Shown: one piece after another, positions 1 through 7,964 of the stretch
Layout of the letters: the number at the start of each line of letters is the position of its first letter
Numbering within the stretch: position 1 is the first letter of the stretch
Made by a program: the position numbers and the translations under genes
Virus record (IMG/VR): IMGVR_UViG_3300046786_000502
Location: 1-64,000 of that record
DNA: 64,000 bases
Reading direction: 5' to 3' (one strand)
Origin: a virus
The notes under the pieces: generated by a model
Database searches by the model: none
The model's input: only the letters and a program-made list of their open reading frames with translations
What the model was told of the DNA's origin: nothing

Positions 1-2
1 AT

Positions 3-1415
3 CAGAATGTAACTATTTCTACTGGCAGTGGAGATATCAATCTAAACGCAGATGGCACCACAAAGATTTGGGGTCAAGCAGTAGCAACTCAAGCGTATGC
101 TGATGGACTTGCAGTAAACTATGACGCTGCAGGATCTGCAACCACTGCAGAAAATAATGCAAAATCTTACGCAGATAGCCTTGCAACTAACTATGATGCA
201 GCAGGTTCTGCATCAGCAGCACAAGCAGCAGCAGAGGCAACTGCTTCAGCAGATGCTACAGATAAAGCTAACACTGCAGAGCAAAATGCTAAGGACTACG
301 CAGATGCAAAAGTAAATGATGCATCATCTGCTACAGATAAAGTTTGGTCAGCATACAAGACAGGAACAGAAATTAGTGTTGCTCAAACAGCAGCACAGAA
401 CTATGCAGATAACGCTGTAGCAGCACTGATTGACCAAGCACCAGCAATGCTTGACACTCTTAACGAGTTGGCAGCAGCACTTGGTGACGATGCAGACTTT
501 ATTGGAACTGTAAACTCAGCAATTGGTGAGAAGGTAGCTAAGTCTGGCGACACAATGACTGGAGAACTTGTTCTTGCAGCAGATCCAACACAGGCTCTAG
601 CAGCAGCAACAAAGCAGTATGTAGATACACAGTCATCAGATGCTTATAACGATGCAATTGCTCAAGCAGATCAGACTGCTCAAGGATACGCAACTACAGC
701 AGAAAACAATGCTAAGGGATATGCTGATGGCCTTGCAACTAACTATGATGCAGCAGGTGCAGCAACTACAGCTGAAACTAATGCAAACACATACACAGAT
801 AACGCAATCAATGCACTTACAACTGATGATATCCCAGAAGAGACTCTTGCTCCTGTAAATAGATACTTCACAGATGCACGTGCAAAGACAGCAGCTGCTG
901 ACTTGCTAACCAGTGCCAACCTAACAAATATCACCATTACTGGTGATGGCAATGGTATTACAATTGCAGCAGAAAATGGTATCGCAGATTCTACAACATC
1001 TGATCTTGTAGAAGGTTCAAACCTCTACTTCACAGATGCACGTGCAGTATCAGCACTTGAGGCGGTAGTTCCTAACTTTACTGAGATTGACCTTAATAAC
1101 ATTGTTACTAATGTCGCTACTCAGGCTACAGTTGCTACAGCTAGCCAGGTAACAGCACATGAGTTCGACTCAGCTGTATACCGTTCAGCAGAATATACAG
1201 TAAAGGTTGCCTATGGCTCACACACAGAGCTATCAAAGGTAATGATTACTCTTGACTCTGCAGACAACATTGCAATTACAGAATATGCTGTTGTTGGAAC
1301 TAACGGTTCTGCATCAACTATCACAGCAGATGTTAATGCTGGCAATGTAAGACTTCGTGTCACTACAGCCAACAACAACTCTATCGTGACTGTATTTGGA
1401 ACAATTATTAAGTAA
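3..1415 (+). CDS. Tail/virion fibre protein, 5' end truncated by the window edge
   Basis: The frame of ORF 447..1415 reads open back to position 3 (QNVTISTGSGDINLNADG...). It has repeated YADGLAxNYDAAGSA units, an APAMLDTLNELAAAL motif, AATKQYVD and NxYFTDARA fibre motifs, and a C-terminal YRSAEY...ITEY beta-rich domain. Confidence 0.75.
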   Translation, partial: QNVTISTGSGDINLNADGTTKIWGQAVATQAYADGLAVNYDAAGSATTAENNAKSYADSLATNYDAAGSASAAQAAAEATASADATDKANTAEQNAKDYADAKVNDASSATDKVWSAYKTGTEISVAQTAAQNYADNAVAALIDQAPAMLDTLNELAAALGDDADFIGTVNSAIGEKVAKSGDTMTGELVLAADPTQALAAATKQYVDTQSSDAYNDAIAQADQTAQGYATTAENNAKGYADGLATNYDAAGAATTAETNANTYTDNAINALTTDDIPEETLAPVNRYFTDARAKTAAADLLTSANLTNITITGDGNGITIAAENGIADSTTSDLVEGSNLYFTDARAVSALEAVVPNFTEIDLNNIVTNVATQATVATASQVTAHEFDSAVYRSAEYTVKVAYGSHTELSKVMITLDSADNIAITEYAVVGTNGSASTITADVNAGNVRLRVTTANNNSIVTVFGTIIK

Positions 1416-1431
1416 TTAGAGGAGTAAGTAG

Positions 1432-1893
1432 ATGGCAACAGTAAACAAGGATTTCAAGGTAAAAAACGGAATCCAGGTAGCAGAAGGTGGAGTCTTTGGT
1501 GGCCCTATCGTTGCTAGCGACCCAACTGATGCAACTCACGTAGCTACTAAGGCTTACGTAGATGCTAATTCTGGTGGAGCTGCTGTTGCCTCTACTGCTC
1601 CTTCATCACCTTCAAATGGTGCATTCTGGTATGACACAGTAACAAAGAGAGTAAACATTTACCACGAAGATACTGGTTGGACAACCATTGCAACTATTGA
1701 CGATACATTAACTTTAGCTCAACACATCCACGATACCTCTATTGGCGGTACTGGATTAATTACAACTACATTCCGTGAAGGTGGTTCAGTACCACAAGCA
1801 CCTATGTCAAGTGGAATTGATGGCGGAAGCCCAGGATCAACTGAGTTCACCCTAATCTTTGATGGTGGATCAGTATCTGATAATTTTAACTAA
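1432..1893 (+). CDS. Small fibre-associated structural protein
   Basis: GAGGAG SD upstream; MATVNKDFKVKNG start, ATKAYVD fibre motif, APSSPSNGAFWYDT motif and C-terminal DGG motifs; lies between two fibre genes. Confidence 0.6.
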   Translation: MATVNKDFKVKNGIQVAEGGVFGGPIVASDPTDATHVATKAYVDANSGGAAVASTAPSSPSNGAFWYDTVTKRVNIYHEDTGWTTIATIDDTLTLAQHIHDTSIGGTGLITTTFREGGSVPQAPMSSGIDGGSPGSTEFTLIFDGGSVSDNFN

Positions 1894-1947
1894 AACATAG
1901 GATATAATATAAATCAGGGATATAATTCCTGAAAGAGGAGAAAATAC

Positions 1948-3702
1948 ATGGCAACAAGAATGCAGCAACGCAGAGGTACTGCAGCACAATGGACTGCTGC
2001 AAACCCTATTCTCTCTGCTGGTGAAATTGGTTTTGAGTCCGATTCTGGACAATTTAAGATTGGTGATGGCACAACAGCTTGGACCAGCCTAACATACTTT
2101 AAGAATTTTGACGATCTTGACATTAGCGGATACGTCAAGGATGAAGAGAAAGCAGCTGCAAACGGTGTTGCTACACTAGATGGCAATGCTCAGGTCCCAA
2201 TCTCTCAGCTAAGCAATATCATTCAATCAGCCCCTGCAGAGCTAGATACTCTTGCTGAACTTGCTGCTGGACTAACTACAGCTATTTCAGATCTAAATGC
2301 TGATATTGGCAACTTGGAAACATCAACATCAACTGCCATTGTTGACATCAACACAGATATCACAGCGTTGACTACCAATCTTGCAACAGAGACATCTACA
2401 AGAGAGGCATATGCGACAAGCAATGATGCTGCACTTGAAGACATCAATACAACTTTAACAACACATGCTGGCAATATCTCAGACCTTTCTGATTCTGTTG
2501 CTGCAATTGAGACTCTCAACGGAACACAAGGATCAGCAATTGACACCCTTAACACAACCGTATCTGGAATTCAATCAGACATCGCAGGACTTACAACAGA
2601 CAGCGTTGCAGAGGGTACAAATAACCTATATTTCACTACTGAACGTGCTCAAGATGCCCTTGGTAACGCAGTAGAGGGCGGTACAGGCATTACAGCCACA
2701 TATGACGACTCTACCAACAAGATTACAGTAGCAATTGATGGTACAGTAGCAACTGAGCTTTATGCAGACAACGCAGCATCAGGAGCAATTTCTGATCACA
2801 ATGCAGATACTACAAACGTACATGGTATTTCAGATACCGCAGCTTTGGCAACAAAGACATATGCAGACGATGCAGTTGGAACACACAACTCAGACACAAC
2901 ATCTGTACATGGAATTGCAAATACTGCAGAGCTAGAGACCCAGACAGGTGCTCAAGCAAAGGCAGACAACGCACAGACAGCAGCAGAAGCCACAGCAGCA
3001 GCTACATATGCTCCAAAAGTTGCTCCAGCTATCACTGGTAACGCAACTGCTGAGAACTTGACAATTACAGGAAATCTTACAGTACAGGGAACAACTACAA
3101 CAGTAGATGCAACCAACCTTGAGGTTACAGACTCACTAATTTACCTTGCTGCAGAGCAGTACGACACAGACACTCTAGATATTGGTATCTTTGGTGCTTA
3201 TGGCGACTCAAACTCAGGACACTTCCACACAGGTATCGTTCGTGATGCAACAGATGGAAAGTGGAAGCTTGTTTCTGGAGCAGCTGAGCCAACAGATAGC
3301 CACGTTGACTTTGGAACAGCAACATTTGACACCCTAAAGCTAGGTGGAGTCGAATTTGCAGACGGAATCCAGACAAAGCAGGGTGTTCCATCTATAACTA
3401 CAATCTCTCAGAAGACAGCATCATACACATTGTCAAATCTTAACGAAAGAGATACTCTAATTGAAGTTGGAAGCTCTTCAGCAACAACTCTAACAATCCC
3501 AGCAGATTCATCAGTAGACTACCCAATTGGAACCACTCTTGATATCCTCCAGACTTCTTCTGGACAGGTTACAATTGCAGGTGCAGGTGGAGTTACTGTA
3601 AACGCAACACCAGGTCTAAAGTTGAGAACTCAGTGGTCTTCTGCAACTCTTATGAAGAGAGCAGCAAACACATGGGTTGTCTACGGAGACTTGTCAGCCT
3701 AA
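1948..3702 (+). CDS. Tail fibre protein with Mtd-like N-terminal domain
   Basis: The N-terminus RRGTAAQWTAANPILSAGEIGFESDSGQFKIGDG matches the major tropism determinant N-terminal motif. Also LDTLAELAA, HNxDTTxVHGI repeats and a C-terminal ...WVVYGDL domain; GAGGAG SD. Confidence 0.8.
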   Translation: MATRMQQRRGTAAQWTAANPILSAGEIGFESDSGQFKIGDGTTAWTSLTYFKNFDDLDISGYVKDEEKAAANGVATLDGNAQVPISQLSNIIQSAPAELDTLAELAAGLTTAISDLNADIGNLETSTSTAIVDINTDITALTTNLATETSTREAYATSNDAALEDINTTLTTHAGNISDLSDSVAAIETLNGTQGSAIDTLNTTVSGIQSDIAGLTTDSVAEGTNNLYFTTERAQDALGNAVEGGTGITATYDDSTNKITVAIDGTVATELYADNAASGAISDHNADTTNVHGISDTAALATKTYADDAVGTHNSDTTSVHGIANTAELETQTGAQAKADNAQTAAEATAAATYAPKVAPAITGNATAENLTITGNLTVQGTTTTVDATNLEVTDSLIYLAAEQYDTDTLDIGIFGAYGDSNSGHFHTGIVRDATDGKWKLVSGAAEPTDSHVDFGTATFDTLKLGGVEFADGIQTKQGVPSITTISQKTASYTLSNLNERDTLIEVGSSSATTLTIPADSSVDYPIGTTLDILQTSSGQVTIAGAGGVTVNATPGLKLRTQWSSATLMKRAANTWVVYGDLSA

Positions 3703-3727
3703 GAACTTACAGATAAGGATAAAATAG

Positions 3728-4579
3728 ATGAGCAAAAGAGCAGGTAGACACTCACAGCAAGCCAATGACTTTTTGCAACCAATGGAACCTACAAGCGTTT
3801 CAGCAACAGACATTGGGACTGGAAGAGCATTTAACGATGGTGCAGCATCTGTTAGTTTTTCTTTGCCTGCTAACTCTCCAGCTGCAACATCATATACTGT
3901 AACTGCTTCAACTGGACAGACTGCAACTGGGTCTGCATCTCCAATTACAGTATCTGGAATCCCATCTGATGCAAACGTAACGTTCACTGTTACTGCTACA
4001 AATGCTTCTGGAACATCTGGATCATCTACTGCTTCAGCATCTGTGCTGATTACAACAGTTCCAGGTTCACCAACATCTGTATCTGTATCATCTCCAGACT
4101 CTGGTACTGGTCAGCCATACGACCAGCTTTCTTGGACTGCACCAACCAATAATGGTGGAAAAGCTATTACTAACTATCACTGGACATCTAGTGATGGCAA
4201 GTCTGGCGATTCTTCTACCTCCCCAGTTAACGTAAACCAAGAAGCTGGAACTGCACAAACATATGATGTTTATGCTACAAATGCTAATGGTAACTCCGCT
4301 ATTGGAACATCTGCATCAATTACAACCTTTAGCGTATTTGGATTCTTCTCAGTATTCGGATTCTTCTCAGTATTTGACTTCTTTAGCGTATTCGGATTCT
4401 TCTCAGTATTTGACTTCTTCTCAGTATTTGGGTTCTTCTCAGTATTTGGGTTCTTCTCAGTATTTGGATTCTTTAGCGTATTTAGCTTTGCTCCAGCCTT
4501 CGGCTTCTTCAGCGTCTTCGGCTTTGCCCCATTTGGAGTATTCAGCTTCTCCCCATTCAGAGTATTCTCTTTCAGATAG
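3728..4579 (+). CDS. Fibronectin type III-like protein (two domains) with C-terminal Phe-rich hexapeptide repeat tail
   Basis: Fn3 hallmarks (SYTVT...SPITVSG...TFTVTATNASG; LSWTAPTNNGGKAITNY...YDVYATNANG), then 83 residues of FSVF(G/D/S)F repeats. Confidence 0.8.
   Translation: MSKRAGRHSQQANDFLQPMEPTSVSATDIGTGRAFNDGAASVSFSLPANSPAATSYTVTASTGQTATGSASPITVSGIPSDANVTFTVTATNASGTSGSSTASASVLITTVPGSPTSVSVSSPDSGTGQPYDQLSWTAPTNNGGKAITNYHWTSSDGKSGDSSTSPVNVNQEAGTAQTYDVYATNANGNSAIGTSASITTFSVFGFFSVFGFFSVFDFFSVFGFFSVFDFFSVFGFFSVFGFFSVFGFFSVFSFAPAFGFFSVFGFAPFGVFSFSPFRVFSFR
4328..4525 (+). repeat. Imperfect 18-bp coding tandem repeat, about 11 units, encoding FSVFGF
   Basis: Units such as TTCTCAGTATTTGGGTTC and TTTAGCGTATTCGGATTC repeat head to tail with synonymous variation. 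Confidence 0.95.
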
Positions 4580-4590
4580 TCTGCCATTTA

Positions 4591-4599
4591 TGGTATACT
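4591..4599 (+). promoter_or_regulatory. Extended -10 promoter (TGGTATACT) upstream of the oxygenase cluster
   Basis: TGn-TATACT in the intergenic gap; the same motif class precedes many other genes in the window. Confidence 0.6.
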
Positions 4600-4633
4600 A
4601 ATCTATGAATGAGACATAGAATGGAGTTCACAA

Positions 4634-5311
4634 ATGTCCAATATGGGTATGTCGTATAAAGATCAAACGACACTTAGAAGCACAAGTGCAAGCAACAAGC
4701 CTCACAGATTCTTCGAGGCATTCCTAGACAATGATCTAGATGAACTGGCAAAAGAGCTAAAGATTAGGTACGACCTAATTGAAAATGCCAAAATTGCTGG
4801 GGTAACACCAGTCAGTCCATTTGAAGTATGGAAAGAGTCTGGCAGCATCTCCACTATGAAGTGGAGACAATACAACGTATTCCAGTTCCACATTGACGGA
4901 ATCTATAAGTTGTACAAGGGAATCGGACAGCTAGTCCGTGAAGCGTGTGAATATTATGAGCTTGACTTTGAAAAAGAGCAGTTCATGATCCAAGGATGGT
5001 TTAATATTAACCACGCAGGCCAAGGTAAACTTGGCTGGCATGAACACGGTGGTCCAGGTGCACCAGATTTCCATGGTTACTACTGTGTAAACGCAGAGCC
5101 ATCTTCAACATACTACATGTGTTTTGATGAAGAAAAAGAAAACATTAATAAGAACAACAGATTAGTTCTTTCAGAAATGGGCCACCCACACTCACAGGGC
5201 GAATGGGACTGGGAAGGCGACAGAATTACTGTTGCTTACGATGTAACACCATTTAGATACCTACAGCGTGGTGGACACAATGCAGAACAGCACTGGATCC
5301 CACTAGCATGA
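4634..5311 (+). CDS. Putative Fe(II)/2OG-oxygenase-like cupin, paralogue 1
   Basis: GWFNIN, WHEH, FHGYYCVNAEPS, SEMGHPH and RITVAYD give an HxH...H triad plus a distal Arg, as in double-stranded beta-helix oxygenases. Confidence 0.65.
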   Translation: MSNMGMSYKDQTTLRSTSASNKPHRFFEAFLDNDLDELAKELKIRYDLIENAKIAGVTPVSPFEVWKESGSISTMKWRQYNVFQFHIDGIYKLYKGIGQLVREACEYYELDFEKEQFMIQGWFNINHAGQGKLGWHEHGGPGAPDFHGYYCVNAEPSSTYYMCFDEEKENINKNNRLVLSEMGHPHSQGEWDWEGDRITVAYDVTPFRYLQRGGHNAEQHWIPLA

Positions 5312-5970
5312 TTGAGAAGCCATCGCATAAGTTTTTTGATAGATACCTAGACAATGATCTATCAGAGTTAACGGCATACCTTGTCGATAAAAGAGATTTT
5401 ATTTATGCGAATGGCATCAATGCACCAAAAGAGGTATTTGATGAAAAGCACCAGCGTGGAGATGCATTGACAACTATGCTTGGTGATTATTACAACATAT
5501 TCACCTGGGACCATCCAGCAATTAAAAAGCTATATTTGGGACTACTCGAAACGACCAAAGAAGCATGTGAGTATTACGGCATTAATTTTGATGCTGCTGA
5601 TTACTACATTTGCGGATGGTTCAATATTAATGAAAAGTCTGTTTATGGTGGAGAATCCCCTCTGGGTCATCCAGAGTGGTTCCACGATCATATGCATGGA
5701 ACTGGGGCACCAGTATTCCATGGCTACTATTGTGTGAATGCAGAACCATCATCAACTTTCTATCACATCGATAGAGATGTTGACAAGTTATTTGAAAATG
5801 TAAACAAAAACAATAGACTGGTTTTATCAGAAACTGGTCACCCACATGCGATTGAAAACTGGAATTGGGATGGCAATAGAATTACCATTGCCTATGACAT
5901 AAGTCCAAAAAATCCATCAATGGTTAAGACAGCGTTCGTTGGGGATCACTGGATTAAGTTGGGAAATTAA
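5308..5970 (+). CDS. Putative Fe(II)/2OG-oxygenase-like cupin, paralogue 2
   Basis: GWFNIN, FHDH, FHGYYCVNAEPS, SETGHPH, RITIAYD; ATGA overlap with paralogue 1. Confidence 0.65.
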   Translation: MIEKPSHKFFDRYLDNDLSELTAYLVDKRDFIYANGINAPKEVFDEKHQRGDALTTMLGDYYNIFTWDHPAIKKLYLGLLETTKEACEYYGINFDAADYYICGWFNINEKSVYGGESPLGHPEWFHDHMHGTGAPVFHGYYCVNAEPSSTFYHIDRDVDKLFENVNKNNRLVLSETGHPHAIENWNWDGNRITIAYDISPKNPSMVKTAFVGDHWIKLGN

Positions 5971-5971
5971 T

Positions 5972-6634
5972 ATGGCAGATCACAAATTCTTCGAAAGATA
6001 CCTAGACATATCTGACAACGACTTGGAAGATTTTTATAATTTTTGTATTGTCGTAGAGCAGAAGATGTTGAATGGCGAATTGCCAGGTATTACAAAAGAG
6101 TATGCCCAACAAGTTAAAGAAAAGCCAGGCTGCCTAACCACAAACCTACTAGCTGATTACAATATATTTCAAATGCAGCACAAAGTAATTAGAAAGCTAT
6201 ATGCAGCAGTAAGAGATATGGCCAAAGAGGCATGTGAGCACTACGGTAAAGATTTTAATGAGATGGAATATTATATTCAGGGCTGGATCAATATTGAAGG
6301 TGCAGATGATTGCACACTAGATGAGTATGAACAATACAGCATTGAACCAAATTTGCATGAGCATTCTGGTGGGCTAGGTATGCCAGATATTCATGGATAT
6401 TATTGTGTAAATGCTGAACCATCTACAACACACTATAGAATTAATGGCGTAACACCATTTAGAAATGAAAATAAAAATAATAGGGCAATCCTATCAGAAA
6501 CTGGACATAAGCATGCTCGTGGTTATTGGGGGGATTCAAGCAAAAAGAGAATAACTCTAGCATATGATACAAGAGTTTCAGAGTCAATCCAAGATGGCGG
6601 AGGAGTATCTCAACATTGGGTACCACTAATATAG
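5972..6634 (+). CDS. Putative Fe(II)/2OG-oxygenase-like cupin, paralogue 3
   Basis: Start moved to ATG 5972 (MADHKFFERYLD aligns with the paralogues); LHEH, IHGYYCVNAEPS, SETGHKH, RITLAYD. Confidence 0.65.
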   Translation: MADHKFFERYLDISDNDLEDFYNFCIVVEQKMLNGELPGITKEYAQQVKEKPGCLTTNLLADYNIFQMQHKVIRKLYAAVRDMAKEACEHYGKDFNEMEYYIQGWINIEGADDCTLDEYEQYSIEPNLHEHSGGLGMPDIHGYYCVNAEPSTTHYRINGVTPFRNENKNNRAILSETGHKHARGYWGDSSKKRITLAYDTRVSESIQDGGGVSQHWVPLI

Positions 6635-7266
6635 AGCATAAGTTTTTTACTAAAGACTTGTCTCTAAACCTTAATGATGTGTCTATTCTGTTGTATGATT
6701 TTTTAGATTCTGTTATACCAACAGTAGCACCATCAGAACTGTTAGAAAAATTTGCTGATAATACGGATGGACTGCCAACAGCATCTCTTTCATACTATAA
6801 TCTATTCTTTTCTCAACAAGAAGATATTAAAAAATTAGCTATACACCTCAATGAGCTATTGACAGAGGCATGTACATATTACGGAATAGATTATGATAGC
6901 CACAAATGGGGTCTTCAAGGATGGTTCAATAAGCAGTCGAAGGAAACTATGTGGGATGTTTCTCCAATTGACAATAATGATAAATGGCATGAACACCAAG
7001 ATGGTTCTGGTGCTCCAAAATTCCATGGCTATTTTTGTGTTAATGCTGAGCCATCTGTTACTGTATATATGGTAAACAAAGATCCTGAAAACATAAAAGT
7101 TAATGTAAATAAGAATAATCGTGCAGTATTGTCTGAGGTGGGTCACCCACATGGCATGGGCAATTGGAGGGTAGATGGAGACAGACTCACAATCGCATAC
7201 GATATAATTCCAATAGAGGATTTACCAGAAAAGGAGCATAACTCATGGGTTTTACTAAATGGCTAA
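6616..7266 (+). CDS. Putative Fe(II)/2OG-oxygenase-like cupin, paralogue 4
   Basis: TTG start after GGAGGAG; HKFF, GWFN, WHEH, FHGYFCVNAEPS, SEVGHPH, RLTIAYD. Confidence 0.65.
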   Translation: MGTTNIEHKFFTKDLSLNLNDVSILLYDFLDSVIPTVAPSELLEKFADNTDGLPTASLSYYNLFFSQQEDIKKLAIHLNELLTEACTYYGIDYDSHKWGLQGWFNKQSKETMWDVSPIDNNDKWHEHQDGSGAPKFHGYFCVNAEPSVTVYMVNKDPENIKVNVNKNNRAVLSEVGHPHGMGNWRVDGDRLTIAYDIIPIEDLPEKEHNSWVLLNG

Positions 7267-7406
7267 TGGCCAAGAAGTGTCAAATACTAGGTCATGAGGT
7301 AGTTCGTGGCAGTCAATGTCCAGTTACGGGAATTGTGAAGCTTACTTGTACAAAGTGTGGTGCTGACAATATGCCAAAACACTCATCAGAAGATAGGTTT
7401 AAATAA
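7266..7406 (+). CDS. Small Cys/His-rich (possibly Zn-binding) protein, 46 aa
   Basis: Not in the ORF track. MAKKCQILGHEVVRGSQCPVTGIVKLTCTKCGADNMPKHSSEDRFK; coupled to both neighbours by TAATG stop/start overlaps. Confidence 0.7.
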   Translation: MAKKCQILGHEVVRGSQCPVTGIVKLTCTKCGADNMPKHSSEDRFK

Positions 7407-7942
7407 TGACAAAAGAAGACCTTAAGTCTCAAATTCATTACATTCCAGGGTTTATGCCAGCAGATGTTATAGAAATCATTGACGCATACTCAAGAAAGAA
7501 TGATGGCGAATTTGATGAGTATGGTAATGGAGAAAAAGAATTTACGGTCAATGTATTCAAGAAGGCTGACGCTGACACACAGGCTGTAAGGGCACTGGTG
7601 ACAGAATGGGGCAAGAAGGTCTATGACTTTGTCGTAGAGCACTATGGAGGCGAATTTAAGCCATTTGAGCCAGCAATGTCACACATAGCTAGGTTTGAGT
7701 CTGGGTGGGGCATGCACGAGCACTATGATGCAAGTAAGCCAAACGATATTGCCACACTAATCTATATAAATAATGACTATACTGGTGGAGATATCTACTT
7801 CCCAGAATATGATATTTCTCATAAACCACAACCTGGAGATCTGCTAACCTTTCCAGATAATCCAAGATATATTCATGGAGTCAAGCCAATTGCAGAAGGT
7901 ATCAGATATACAACTCCACGCTGGTTTACACGTATAGTATGA
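7406..7942 (+). CDS. Prolyl 4-hydroxylase-like Fe(II)/2OG oxygenase
   Basis: HYD...LIYINNDYTGGDIYFP...PGDLLTFP...YIHGVKPIAEGIRYT is the canonical HxD...H...R pattern. Confidence 0.85.
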   Translation: MTKEDLKSQIHYIPGFMPADVIEIIDAYSRKNDGEFDEYGNGEKEFTVNVFKKADADTQAVRALVTEWGKKVYDFVVEHYGGEFKPFEPAMSHIARFESGWGMHEHYDASKPNDIATLIYINNDYTGGDIYFPEYDISHKPQPGDLLTFPDNPRYIHGVKPIAEGIRYTTPRWFTRIV

Positions 7943-7964
7943 TAAAATATACTAGGAGAAACTT

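Noticed and set aside
1948-3702. Diversity-generating retroelement suggested by the Mtd-like N-terminus
   Set aside because: No reverse transcriptase and no template/variable repeat pair differing at adenines was seen in the window; this N-terminal domain is common in ordinary fibres.
4328-4576. CRISPR array, or the antisense (NTEKNP)n ORF 4270..4587 and alternative-frame ORF 4263..4601 as the real product
   Set aside because: The units are contiguous 18-mers with no spacers. Variation is mostly synonymous in the Fn3 reading frame, so the other frames are best explained as by-products.
4605-4619. Four-codon upstream ORF (MNET) just after the extended -10 of the oxygenase operon
   Set aside because: Too short to distinguish from chance without conservation data.
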